Positions 9,011 to 19,449 of a stretch of 64,000 bases of DNA are shown one piece after another (within the stretch, counting starts at the first letter, position 1; each line of letters begins with the position of its first letter). This DNA comes from Candidatus Heimdallarchaeota archaeon. Lineage in GTDB: Archaea > Asgardarchaeota > Heimdallarchaeia > JABLTI01. The DNA lies in contig JABCTZ010000046.1 in the NCBI GenBank assembly GCA_018238155.1, positions 288,001 to 352,000 of the forward strand. Direction: 5' to 3'. The position numbers were made by a program, and so were the translations under genes. The notes below the pieces were generated by a model. The model saw only the letters and a program-made list of their open reading frames with translations, was not told the DNA's origin and ran no database searches.

Positions 9011-11053
9011 TTAATCTTCTTTTGAGTTTTCTGATTCAGAATCTTCTTTAGAAGAAATTTCTTTATCTTCTTGTTGTTGTGCTTGAGATAATTTTGCTCC
9101 AACGTTTGTAGCTTGGAGCACTATTGTAGCATCTTGACCCAATTCTTCTAGAGGCATTTCTTTCGCATCGGTTATTAAACCGATATAGGTAGAAATTACT
9201 TCTTCAGTTTCATTCCATGCACCAATTGAGATAAGATCAATGTTTGCATCTTTAGCTGGTTTTTCTAGAATTAATTCAGCCTCTACCAATGAATCTAAAC
9301 AATCGATAGGAGTTGTTATTGCTACTGTAACAATAGTAAAACAATTTGATTCTTTGAGACTGTTGAATGCATCAATAATAGTTGGATCTCGTTCTTCAAT
9401 CCATGCACTTAAGATCAATCTTTCATTAAAACCTGCTTTTCGTAATTTTCCTTTAATCCCTGATGCAAAATTGTTTTCTTCTTCAGTTAAAGGATAGATT
9501 TCATCCCATTGTTCTGGTTGCCCATCTGCAATAAGAATAATCCCTACTTTATCTTTTGCTAAGTTTCCAGGGACAGCTTCGGCTATTTTCTTTGCTATAT
9601 TTGATTGCAAACCGTCTGACTTTGCTAGAAAATCTGTTATCTTTATTGTTACACCTATTGATGAATAATCAATTCTTTTCATTTCGTCTATGGCTAATTG
9701 ATATTCAAAGTTATCTGCCATAAATAGATTAAGAATTGTTATATCATCTGCACCAATTGATATAGCACGTAATAATGCTTGATTAAGTGTAGGCCAATCA
9801 TTGACAAAAGCTTCTTGATATTCATCCACATCTAAGAATGACCCTTCTATTTTTTCGATCAATTTTTTCATGATTTTCTTGTATGGATTACCACCAACGT
9901 TTCCACGTATCTCCTCTGCAGAAAGTTCATCTTGTGAACCGCTTATCTTAGAGTATTTTCTTTTAACTTTAAAGAACTCAAATGGTTGTAGTAATTTACT
10001 CTTTTGAGGTACGCCAGTTTTTGCTTTAGCATTGAATTTTCTAATCATTGGTAATGGAGTATAATCTTCAGATTCACCTTTTGCGAGAATAATTACAGCA
10101 GTCTTCTTCTTATCAGATTCAATTGGCAACCCATCAGGTAGTGGTGATTGAAAATCAATCTTCATTATTCCTCTATTTGCCCAAATAAAACCAAAAACGG
10201 TAGCTAATAAATAAACAATAGCATTCCAAAGTATCTGCCAAGGTGTTACCCAGAATAACCAATTGACTATGACTGCAAGCAAAAAGGTTGTTGCACCCAT
10301 GAATAGGGCATTCTTTTCTTTTGATTTGATATTTGTAGTTAAATAATAAACAGTAACTGATCCTAAAGTATAACCAGCAAATCCACAAACTAAGAGTGTT
10401 CCAACGAGTGGCAAAAGATTTGCAGTACTAAATATCGGAAGAGTGAAATCACTTGAAGCAATGTCCTTGTATTCAGTTGTACCTCCATCTGATACAGATT
10501 TATAATGAGATTTTGCAGTCACTTTTGCTGGGCTTGAAACATTTGCTATGTCATTAATGTACAATTCCCAAGTTAATTTATTTGCAGAAATAGCGGTAGA
10601 ATTCTCAAAAACAATTGGGTAAGAAAGTGGTTTTGATTGGATATTGTGTCCGGATGCATTCACTAAATGAGTAGTAATAGTATCTTCAAAATTTTGTCCC
10701 ATTACACCTCCAACCTTTATCACAGTACTATTAACATGTGCTCCACTATTCCAATATATTTCTACTTGATAGAAATGTTTTCCATCATCAATAATTGGTG
10801 TGCCACCTAAGTAAAGATTAATATTCAAACCGACAAAAGTGATGCCAATGATATCAATTTCGTCTTGAAAGTTCCCTTTTTTCTTGTAAACCGCATCTTC
10901 ATATAATTGAACATCGTTACTTGGATCAACCATCAAAGTAGTACCAGAAACAAATCCTACACTAATCATAAATAGCATAGCTGTTATAATACCACTTACT
11001 AAAAGTACTTTTTTTCGTTGCAAGAATAATTGCTCCTTTCTATCTATTTTCAT
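9011..11053 (-). CDS. Membrane protein with extracellular beta-rich domain and C-terminal ferrochelatase-like (class II chelatase) domain
   Basis: N-terminal signal/TM, three internal TM helices, then TAVIILAKGE ... EAFVNDWPTL ... VGIILIADGQPEQW ... AWIEERDPTI, resembling the ferrochelatase fold. Confidence 0.55.
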   Translation of the reverse strand: MKIDRKEQLFLQRKKVLLVSGIITAMLFMISVGFVSGTTLMVDPSNDVQLYEDAVYKKKGNFQDEIDIIGITFVGLNINLYLGGTPIIDDGKHFYQVEIYWNSGAHVNSTVIKVGGVMGQNFEDTITTHLVNASGHNIQSKPLSYPIVFENSTAISANKLTWELYINDIANVSSPAKVTAKSHYKSVSDGGTTEYKDIASSDFTLPIFSTANLLPLVGTLLVCGFAGYTLGSVTVYYLTTNIKSKEKNALFMGATTFLLAVIVNWLFWVTPWQILWNAIVYLLATVFGFIWANRGIMKIDFQSPLPDGLPIESDKKKTAVIILAKGESEDYTPLPMIRKFNAKAKTGVPQKSKLLQPFEFFKVKRKYSKISGSQDELSAEEIRGNVGGNPYKKIMKKLIEKIEGSFLDVDEYQEAFVNDWPTLNQALLRAISIGADDITILNLFMADNFEYQLAIDEMKRIDYSSIGVTIKITDFLAKSDGLQSNIAKKIAEAVPGNLAKDKVGIILIADGQPEQWDEIYPLTEEENNFASGIKGKLRKAGFNERLILSAWIEERDPTIIDAFNSLKESNCFTIVTVAITTPIDCLDSLVEAELILEKPAKDANIDLISIGAWNETEEVISTYIGLITDAKEMPLEELGQDATIVLQATNVGAKLSQAQQQEDKEISSKEDSESENSKED

Positions 11054-11132
11054 ATTTCTACTACGTTTTCATATAGATTGGAATAATAAAATTATGGTTT
11101 CCTCGCAATATTTATCTTGGAACTTTGTTTCT

Positions 11133-11726
11133 TCAGCGTATTTTTAATGTTAATTCTTCTCCTCGACCTACAGGAATAAGAACACTTTGAGTATTTGGAT
11201 TTGCTCTCACATAATCTACGTATTCTTTCAGTGAATCAGAATGGGAAACAACGTTATCAGCAATTATTATACCACCCACTTTTAGTTTGGGAAAGGCAAG
11301 GTCAAAATATTCGATATAATCCTCTTTTTCTGCATCAATAAAAATGAAATCAAATTCTTGGTTAAAGCTTTTTATTATTTCCTTAGCATCTCCCTCAATA
11401 ATTGTAACAATATTTTCCAAGTTAGCTCTCTTAATATGTTCCAGAGCCATTTTTACCTTTCGGGAATCACATTCCAAGGTAGTTATTTTACCCATATTTT
11501 CTTTTACTGCAAGAGCAAGCCAAATTGTTGAATAACCTGTAGATGTTCCTATCTCAAGTAAATTCACTGCTTTTGAAGTTTTTACCATGATATTCAAAAA
11601 CAGCCCAACATCAGGAGTGATACTTCTCATTCGAATATTTGTTGGAAGACCTTTAGCTCTTTCTTCCAAATCCTTTTCTTCCAATTCTTTGAGCAAAGCA
11701 ATTAATTCTTCCTTCATCATCTTCAC
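11133..11726 (-). CDS. Class I SAM-dependent O-methyltransferase (CCoAOMT/TrmR-like)
   Basis: LEIGTSTGYS, FDFIFIDAEK, IIADNV. Confidence 0.9.
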   Translation of the reverse strand: MKMMKEELIALLKELEEKDLEERAKGLPTNIRMRSITPDVGLFLNIMVKTSKAVNLLEIGTSTGYSTIWLALAVKENMGKITTLECDSRKVKMALEHIKRANLENIVTIIEGDAKEIIKSFNQEFDFIFIDAEKEDYIEYFDLAFPKLKVGGIIIADNVVSHSDSLKEYVDYVRANPNTQSVLIPVGRGEELTLKIR

Positions 11727-11867
11727 CTTTTTAGTATCTAATCTTTGAGAACTCTCTTAAAATTATTGCTAATCATCTCTTTTGTATTTAAACGAAAATG
11801 TTCATATAAAAGTCAAAAATAATTGATATCAATCTCTTGTTGAATCTAAATATTTGATGATTCCTAA

Positions 11868-12629
11868 TTAACGCCATCTCTTTCGAGTTCTTCTTTGTTT
11901 TTCTTCCAATCGTTGTTGTTGAACTTTTTTGTTATAATTTTGCACTTTTAATCTTTGAATGAAAATTGTAGCCCCGATTATCAAAAAGACTCCGATTATT
12001 AGAAACCAATACCAACTTCTAGCCCAAAAACCGGAAATAGGTTCTCCATTAGAAGAAGTGGATGTTGTTGTTTGGGGTCCATGAACAAGTTTGTTAATTT
12101 CACCAATAATAGTTGAAGCAGCAATACCACCACCACCAGAAAAGGTAACCCTTTGTTCATAATTTAGAATATAAAATGTAGGTATTGATGAAATTTCATA
12201 AAACGTTGAAATACCTTTGGTATCAATGAAAATATACCAGTCCATACCTTCATCTTCTGCGAAAGTTTTAATGGTTGCTATATCATCATTCTCTGGATCA
12301 GTATCCAAACTAATTATAACTAACTGGTTTGTAGAAAATTGTGCTTTTACTTCTTTTAATTTAGGTACAAAATTCTTACAAGGAATGCACCATGTAGCAA
12401 AAAAATCAAGTAATACCACTTTACCTTGAAATGATGAAAAACTCATAGTGCTGCCGCTTATAACTTCTTGTAATGTCCAATCCATACCCAATGTACCAAT
12501 AGGTAATAAATTAGCATTATATTCTTCATTAGGAATTGTTTCTGCAGCTACATCAATAGTAGCGATTATAGTTGAAGTTAAAGAGATAAAAAGTACTAGT
12601 ATTATAAATTGATTATTTATTTTAATCAT
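11868..12629 (-). CDS. TlpA/ResA-like thiol-disulfide oxidoreductase, signal peptide plus C-terminal TM anchor
   Basis: GKVVLLDFFATWCIPC, cis-Pro loop SIPTFY, C-terminal TM followed by a basic tail. Confidence 0.9.
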   Translation of the reverse strand: MIKINNQFIILVLFISLTSTIIATIDVAAETIPNEEYNANLLPIGTLGMDWTLQEVISGSTMSFSSFQGKVVLLDFFATWCIPCKNFVPKLKEVKAQFSTNQLVIISLDTDPENDDIATIKTFAEDEGMDWYIFIDTKGISTFYEISSIPTFYILNYEQRVTFSGGGGIAASTIIGEINKLVHGPQTTTSTSSNGEPISGFWARSWYWFLIIGVFLIIGATIFIQRLKVQNYNKKVQQQRLEEKQRRTRKRWR

Positions 12630-12657
12630 AATTCAAACCTTAGTGATTGATATCAAA

Positions 12658-13413
12658 TTAACTATATCTCTTATTGTATTTTCGTTGTCTCTCTTCTGTC
12701 CTTTGTTCTCGCACTTTTTTATTATGGATTACTATTCTTATCCTCTGCACAGAAACGAACACAACAATGATGAAGAAAATCCCACCTATGACAAACCAAT
12801 ACCAATTACTAGCCAAAAAATTAGTTATTGGTACACCACCAGTATTTGTATTCGATTGCGCTCCACCAATATGTTTGTTTATTTCAGTTATTATAATTTC
12901 AGCACTTGTAATAACCTCACCTGAATAAACGACTTTTTGATCACCATTAAAAATGTAAAAAGAGGGGATTTGTTCAATATCATAATAGGATTGAATTCCA
13001 ACTGTATCAATAAAGATTAACCAATTCATATTTTGTTCTTCAGCAAATGCCTCTATCGTTGCTTCGTCATCTTTAAGTGGGTCAGTATCTAGACTAATCA
13101 TAATTAATTCACTACTAGAAAACTGAGCTCGAACTGATCTTAACTCATTTAGAAAAGTTTCACATTGTCCACTCCAAGTGCCGAAAAAGTCAAGTAAAAT
13201 TACTTTTCCTGCAAATGATGAAAAACTCAATGTTATATCACTTAGTATTTCTTTTAAGGACCAATCCATTCCAGCAGTTCCATTAGGAACTAAATTAATA
13301 TAATTATCTTCTTCAGGAAGTGTGTTGTTTGCTGCTTTGACATTAACAGCAATAGAAACTATAAAAGAAAGTAAAATTACTATAGCAATAAATTGAATGT
13401 TTTTTTTCATCAT
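12658..13413 (-). CDS. TlpA-like paralog with SxxC active site
   Basis: GKVILLDFFGTWSGQC; same architecture as, and clearly similar to, the adjacent gene. Confidence 0.85.
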   Translation of the reverse strand: MMKKNIQFIAIVILLSFIVSIAVNVKAANNTLPEEDNYINLVPNGTAGMDWSLKEILSDITLSFSSFAGKVILLDFFGTWSGQCETFLNELRSVRAQFSSSELIMISLDTDPLKDDEATIEAFAEEQNMNWLIFIDTVGIQSYYDIEQIPSFYIFNGDQKVVYSGEVITSAEIIITEINKHIGGAQSNTNTGGVPITNFLASNWYWFVIGGIFFIIVVFVSVQRIRIVIHNKKVREQRTEERQRKYNKRYS

Positions 13414-13643
13414 TTTCTACCTACTTGATTCATACCAATTTCTTTTTTTAAAGTCTATCCTTTAGAATTTATTAATTGTTTTTAAATAGTCTTAATTTAA
13501 TTATGTGTAAACAAATAAGATTTATAAAGATTCAAGCTAGACTTAGCTTGAGAAGTTATTTCTCGTTATATGCTCATTCCCACCTATTACATAATATTTC
13601 TGCTGATGGTTTATTCAGAGAATAAGCCCGATAAAAACTTAGA

Positions 13644-14582
13644 GTGAGCAATTTGAAAAAGATTAAGATTATTACAGATAGTACGTGTGATTTGACTATT
13701 GATGAATTGAATGAATTAGATGTTGACTTTGTTCCAGCATATGTAATCATTGAAGGTAAGAAATTCAAACAGAATGTAAATATTACCAATGATGAAGTGT
13801 ATCATCAGCTAATTGTTGAGAAGAAAAAGATTAGTTCCGCAGCATCTTCTCCAGGAGAATTTCACAAAGTTTATGTAAGAGCTCTCAAAGAAGCTGAATC
13901 AATTATTCTCTTAACTGCTCATGGAAAGCTCTCAGCAATGTATAACACTGCTAAAATGGTTGCAGAAAAATTCTTCCCAAAAAGAGATATTACTGTTGTT
14001 GACACAAAAACAGCTTCTTTTGCACATGCAATCCTTGTTCAAGAAGCAGTGCAATTAGTAAAACTTGGTAAATCAAAAGATGAAATAGTTGCTAGGTTAA
14101 GATTTCTTGCTGAAAACACAAAAGCATTACCTCTTTTAGATACTCTCGAATATCTCTATCGAGGTGGAAGAATTAAACTCTATCAAAGACTACTTGGAAA
14201 TCTCATCGGAATCAAAGCATTAGTTCTAATCGATAAAAAAGGCTCCAATATGGATGCAAAAATTAAAGGTAGAAAAAATGCTTTAATTCAACTAAAAATG
14301 TGTGGTTTACAAATCTTAGATCATTTGATCATTAAACGGTTATATGTTGCCTATACAAATAACAAAGAACTTGCAATCGAAGTTGCAGACTTTTTAATCG
14401 AGAACAGTCCTGACGATATTGAAATTTCAATTGGACAACTTGGATCCGTAATAGGAGTTCATGGAGGAAATGATGTTGTCGGTTTTGGCTTTGTTGGAGA
14501 TTACAATGTCAAAATGTTTACTGGTGTAGGTGAAACAGCTAAAGATTTCATAAATGAAAAATTACAAATTGTTAGGGGATGA
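13644..14582 (+). CDS. DegV family fatty-acid-binding protein
   Basis: IITDSTCDL, SAASSPG, KLSAMYNTA, VVDTKTAS, LEYLYRGGRI, IGVHGG. Confidence 0.92.
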   Translation: MSNLKKIKIITDSTCDLTIDELNELDVDFVPAYVIIEGKKFKQNVNITNDEVYHQLIVEKKKISSAASSPGEFHKVYVRALKEAESIILLTAHGKLSAMYNTAKMVAEKFFPKRDITVVDTKTASFAHAILVQEAVQLVKLGKSKDEIVARLRFLAENTKALPLLDTLEYLYRGGRIKLYQRLLGNLIGIKALVLIDKKGSNMDAKIKGRKNALIQLKMCGLQILDHLIIKRLYVAYTNNKELAIEVADFLIENSPDDIEISIGQLGSVIGVHGGNDVVGFGFVGDYNVKMFTGVGETAKDFINEKLQIVRG

Positions 14583-16133
14583 GTCACTAGATTCATCCCT
14601 ATCAACCATTTTTTCAGAATATTGAGCAATGGTTATAGTCTTTACTTGTTCAGGATTTTCTGTTAAATTTGTGATGAGAGACAAGTATCTTGTTAGCATT
14701 TTCTCCGGAGCAATTGTTTTGAAACTTTTTATCACTTTTGCTTCTTTTTCTCCAATGCAACGTAGTTTAAGTTCTTGATCAGATATCTTTTCGAATAACA
14801 AACCAAGTTGGTATTTCTTTTTAATAATTGGATGAACTAATTTAAATGATAAATAAACGGCGTTTTGTGTCAAATCTTGTTGTGAATTCTCATCTGTTAA
14901 TAATTCGCGATATTTTTTCGGTAGAACCAATTTTTCAATATTTATTCTATTGACCGTTTCATAGACTTTTTGTTGAATATTCGAATCTATTTTGGTTAAT
15001 AATTTCGTGTTCAGGATAATATTGCTTAATTTTCCTGTTACATACGATACTGTATAGAGATTATGGTAGTCATTGTATTCTTCTTCAACACTTCTTGTAA
15101 CACATTGCCAATATGATGCTTCTTGCGATATCTTTACTTTCTTTTGAGATTCTACTTGTTCAATATCTTGGAATTCTTTAGTAATCAGTAAATCATCACT
15201 TTTGTGTAATTGTTCTTTGATATCAATGAGTTCTTTGTACTTTGACTTCAAAATGTTTCGAGTCATTCGATTCCACAAATCACCCCAATCAATGAAGAGG
15301 AAAAGAGCTATTATTCCTATACTTGCTATCCAGACTATAGCTGATAACCAAGTTGGAGGAGCATCTCCGGCTATTCCATCAGATGTTAAACCAAATGCCC
15401 AGAAAATTACTCCACCTGCACTTGTCCCTGCCAAGTATTTTGCTACTAGCCCAGTGCCAGTTGTAAGGGCAATTTTTCCTAAAAAGCACCAAATAATCGT
15501 TTTCCAAAGAGCATATCCTAACAATCCAATGAAAATTAATATTGCATCATCAGGCAATGGTGTTGCTGCAAAGAGAAAGATAATCAACGGTGCAAGACCT
15601 TTATCAACCCATTTTTGTGCTCGAGCAACTTGTTTTTCCATACTACCTTCAATTACTTTTTTACTTGCTCGTCCAATTAACCAAGCAGAAGCTTCACCAA
15701 GTGCAGCGCCGGCACCAGCTGCGATACCCATTAAAATTATTAGTGGTGCTGTCATTGATGGTCTTGTTGCTACTGCTACTAAAGCGATTGTATATGGCAC
15801 AGGGAAAATAACCGTTAAATTCCCAAAAATAGAGATAACAAATATTCCGAGAAAGATACCAAATAATCCTACTTTGCTCTCAAACCAATCTACAATGTCA
15901 CTCATTATCACTCCCATGTTTAACTTTAATGCTGCTAAGACGATTATTAATACAACAAATAATGAAAGAAAAATGATTGATGCTAATCTTTCTTTATCCT
16001 TTATTAGCCAACTAACTGCTCTTTTGAAAGGATTTTCACGTTCTTCGAATTCATATTCATTTCGTTGAGTAGAACTATAATTCAATTCCTCTTGTTCAAT
16101 AATTTGTTCAGATTCACGATTATTCTCAGACAT
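14562..16133 (-). CDS. DedA/VTT (SNARE-associated Golgi protein-like) membrane protein with soluble C-terminal extension
   Basis: IFPVPY, GAGAALGEASAWLIGR, FAATPLPDD, FLGK. Confidence 0.8.
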   Translation of the reverse strand: MSENNRESEQIIEQEELNYSSTQRNEYEFEERENPFKRAVSWLIKDKERLASIIFLSLFVVLIIVLAALKLNMGVIMSDIVDWFESKVGLFGIFLGIFVISIFGNLTVIFPVPYTIALVAVATRPSMTAPLIILMGIAAGAGAALGEASAWLIGRASKKVIEGSMEKQVARAQKWVDKGLAPLIIFLFAATPLPDDAILIFIGLLGYALWKTIIWCFLGKIALTTGTGLVAKYLAGTSAGGVIFWAFGLTSDGIAGDAPPTWLSAIVWIASIGIIALFLFIDWGDLWNRMTRNILKSKYKELIDIKEQLHKSDDLLITKEFQDIEQVESQKKVKISQEASYWQCVTRSVEEEYNDYHNLYTVSYVTGKLSNIILNTKLLTKIDSNIQQKVYETVNRINIEKLVLPKKYRELLTDENSQQDLTQNAVYLSFKLVHPIIKKKYQLGLLFEKISDQELKLRCIGEKEAKVIKSFKTIAPEKMLTRYLSLITNLTENPEQVKTITIAQYSEKMVDRDESSDSSPNNL

Positions 16134-16356
16134 TGATTATCTACCTGTTTAATCTTAATGAAATATACAATTAAGGTTTATATAAAATTAGTTTTTATAT
16201 TTACTGCAATAACTAGAATAATAAATATTTGCAAAGTCTATTCAATAAACGTTTTCAAAAGGGCCCGACAAAAAAAGAGCTATATAGCTCGATAGTACAA
16301 TTTTTAACTGATGAAGAATAAATAGTATCATCAAGTAATAATTAGTTAAACCTCCT

Positions 16357-18039
16357 TTGTGGCTGGAGGAAATTGGAGAATTAAACAGAATGGCTTTTAA
16401 AAGAAATGAAAAACAAAAGGGAATTCCCCTTGGAGATAACTTTGTTGACTTCACAACAAGAGTTGATAAGATTTCTCTTGAAACGTTAGTAGAGGTTTCT
16501 GCAAAGTATAATTGCAAACAAGAATTTGCCGGAGTTATTCATTTAGTATCAACTGATTTAAACATCACTCCTGAATTAATATTAAATGATCTCCAATACG
16601 AATTAAAAAGGCTTGAAAAAATTGGTGAAGAACTTCCTGAAATAGAAACATATTTCCATAAATTTGCAATTTCAGAAGGAAAATGGATTGCTTTTTTGAG
16701 AGGATCATATCCAAAGAATTTGATAACAGAAGGAAAAAAAATTCAAACTCAATTTACAAAAATAGGTAAAGTAAAAGGTAGCGATTTGATAACTTTAGCA
16801 ATGCAAATTATGATGGAAAGACAGTTTATCGCTGCAAATACAATACTACCTGTAATAGATAAATGGGTTGAAGAGCACTATGAATCTACAAATTTTGATG
16901 CAGCACTTCACATACTTAGAGGTTATTTAAAGAGAAATGACTTTGATGATATTATTAAACAAATGGAAGAAGCAAAAAAACAATTAGTACAACAAATTCA
17001 AATTTTAGGTGATATTTTAGCGAATGCTGAAAGTTCAAATTGGGTATTTCGCTCATTAATTGAAGTTGAACTTTTACATGAAGATTTGAGTCAAGATTTG
17101 GTAGAATTAACAAATAAAGGTGCAGCAGATATTGTTTTATGGATCGTATCAAAGAGCTATGAACAAACCACAGGAGACTTTACTTCGCAAGAAGATATGT
17201 CAAAATTGATTATGAGATTCCAACTTGAATCTGCCTTAGGTATCTCCTCTGCATCGCCCTTGGCAACATTAGAGTATGAATTATTATCTCTAAATTATAA
17301 AGATAATTTAATAAAGTCAAAATTAGTTGACGAGATGATTTTAAAAGCTTGGAAAGAAGCACGAATTGGTAATAACCCACTTGATATCGGCAGAGAGATC
17401 CTTGCCTTATTGATGGATTACAGTAATACACCACCATTATTTTTATCTAAATTACCAAGGCATTTTGCTTATATCTCAGAATTTTTTGAGAATGATAAAC
17501 TAAGACTAGCACGTGCTCTTGAAAAAGTTAAAATAAAAGGAAAGGAACCAACCGCAAAAGAAATGCAGAATGCGGTTATTCTTGATTATCTAATTATTTT
17601 TGCTAGAAACTTCATAGCAGGTAATATGAAAGCGGATGAAAAAGATCTCAATGTTCCAGATGAACCTAAGAGATTGGATCTAATGCCAGCAGAAAAAGAC
17701 ATCATTGATATGATTGATGCAGCAGTCCAAAGAGGCATTCGCTCCCAAAACAGAGAAAAAGCGATGAAAGTTCTATCAGCGCAAATTCTTTCCATGTATC
17801 AAAGATGTCTTAATCAAGTAAAGAATGAAGTAACTGTTGGAGAATGTATCCTTTATGGAATCTATAATTTAAATGGTATTGAAATATCAAGAGAAAAAGC
17901 CAGAAATTTGATTCTTGATCATTTCACTCGAATGAGAGTTTCAGCTTCTTCTTCGGGAAAGAAAAGAATTGATTCTGTAGTTCAAAAAGCAATTGCTATT
18001 GAAATTGAAGAAAAAATATTCAAAAGGGATATCAAATAA
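16357..18039 (+). CDS. Hypothetical helical protein (true start may be ATG 16390)
   Basis: 560-aa ORF with normal coding composition; no recognised motif. Confidence 0.6.
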   Translation: MWLEEIGELNRMAFKRNEKQKGIPLGDNFVDFTTRVDKISLETLVEVSAKYNCKQEFAGVIHLVSTDLNITPELILNDLQYELKRLEKIGEELPEIETYFHKFAISEGKWIAFLRGSYPKNLITEGKKIQTQFTKIGKVKGSDLITLAMQIMMERQFIAANTILPVIDKWVEEHYESTNFDAALHILRGYLKRNDFDDIIKQMEEAKKQLVQQIQILGDILANAESSNWVFRSLIEVELLHEDLSQDLVELTNKGAADIVLWIVSKSYEQTTGDFTSQEDMSKLIMRFQLESALGISSASPLATLEYELLSLNYKDNLIKSKLVDEMILKAWKEARIGNNPLDIGREILALLMDYSNTPPLFLSKLPRHFAYISEFFENDKLRLARALEKVKIKGKEPTAKEMQNAVILDYLIIFARNFIAGNMKADEKDLNVPDEPKRLDLMPAEKDIIDMIDAAVQRGIRSQNREKAMKVLSAQILSMYQRCLNQVKNEVTVGECILYGIYNLNGIEISREKARNLILDHFTRMRVSASSSGKKRIDSVVQKAIAIEIEEKIFKRDIK

Positions 18040-18066
18040 TTAATTTATCCCTTTTTTAAATTATTT

Positions 18067-19251
18067 TTACTGAAGTGTTGCTAAAAGATCATTTGTTCTT
18101 TTAATCCCTTCAAGTATATCTTTCATTTCGCTTGCAAGTGAAATTCTAAGGTAATTTTCTTCAACTCCAAAAACAGAGCCAGCTGTTAAAGCGACTCCTT
18201 TCTCTTCTAGAATCTTTACTGCAAGCTCATTGGATTGCATAGAACCTTGGTATTTCATGAAAAGATAAAAAGCGCCTTTAGGTTTTCTACAAGAAAGATA
18301 ATCACATTTCTCAATCAATTCAAGAGCCTTATCACGGCGATTTTTATATTCAACAACCATTTCAATAGTTGGTTCTTCTAATTCAAGAGCTTTAATTGCT
18401 GCCCATTGGGTTGGTGTATTTACACAAGTGCTAATATTCTGTTGAATTTTATTCATAGAATCAACAAGCTCTTTGTTACCAATTGCATATCCAAATCTCC
18501 ATCCGGTCATAGCATGAGATTTACTTAAACCGTCAATAACTAAAGTTCGCTCCAATGATTGAGAGATTGATAGATATTGGTGAAATGTTCCTTCAAAAAT
18601 AATCTTCTTGTATATTTCATCAGTGATAATCATTAAATCGTTATCATTAGATAAATCATTGATGAATTTCAAAGTGTCTAAATCATAAATTGCACCAGTA
18701 GGATTACTGGGTGAATTAATTAGTATTGCTTTTGTAGTTTTATTGATTGCTTCTTTGATAGCTTCTCTTGGAAAACTAAAATCACCAAGAGGAGCTTGAA
18801 CGACTTTTGTTTCTGCACCAATATATTGAATTATTCCTGAATAACTTGGCCAAAAGGGGGAAATTACAACAATATTATCTCCTGGGTCAACTAGTGAAAC
18901 TAAGGCATTAAACAATGCTGCTTTTGCTCCTGGAGTGGTTATCACATTGCTTCTAGGGTTGATTTCTACACCAGTATCTTTTGAATGAATAGAAGCGATT
19001 TTTTCAAGCAAAGGTCGTATTCCCTTGGCAGATGTATAACCTGTTTTACCTTCTTTCATAGCATCATACGCAACCTCAATTATCTCGGTTGGCGTATTGA
19101 AATTCGGTTGACCAACTTCAAGATGAATAATATCCTTTCCAGTAGCTTCTAGGTCAGTTGATAAAATTTTCATTTTCAAAGTTCCACTAGCAGGAACACG
19201 AAGGGCACATTCTGAAAGTTTTTTATTTTTAGATGTCAAATGAAACACCAC
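18067..19251 (-). CDS. PLP-dependent aminotransferase class I/II (aspartate aminotransferase-like)
   Basis: NSPSNPTG, TDEIY, GLSKSHAMTGWRFGY. Confidence 0.93.
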   Translation of the reverse strand: MVFHLTSKNKKLSECALRVPASGTLKMKILSTDLEATGKDIIHLEVGQPNFNTPTEIIEVAYDAMKEGKTGYTSAKGIRPLLEKIASIHSKDTGVEINPRSNVITTPGAKAALFNALVSLVDPGDNIVVISPFWPSYSGIIQYIGAETKVVQAPLGDFSFPREAIKEAINKTTKAILINSPSNPTGAIYDLDTLKFINDLSNDNDLMIITDEIYKKIIFEGTFHQYLSISQSLERTLVIDGLSKSHAMTGWRFGYAIGNKELVDSMNKIQQNISTCVNTPTQWAAIKALELEEPTIEMVVEYKNRRDKALELIEKCDYLSCRKPKGAFYLFMKYQGSMQSNELAVKILEEKGVALTAGSVFGVEENYLRISLASEMKDILEGIKRTNDLLATLQ

Positions 19252-19449
19252 AGATGAATACTTAACTGAATTTTTAGTTTTTGATTTGTTTTTAATGGGA
19301 ACCCATTATTGACAATCTAAATCAAACATACATTCTCATTTTTATTCATTACTATCTCTCAGCAATTATTCAATGAAAGTATATCTACTAATAGAGATTT
19401 TTACTCAAAATTCTTGCTGAAAAATTTTTATAGATTTGTTATTATATAG

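Noticed and set aside
13165-13180. Possible selenocysteine in the second TlpA active site
   Set aside because: The codon is AGT (Ser), not TGA
15202-16068. 288-aa antisense ORF
   Set aside because: Shadow frame of the hydrophobic DedA/VTT gene; no motifs
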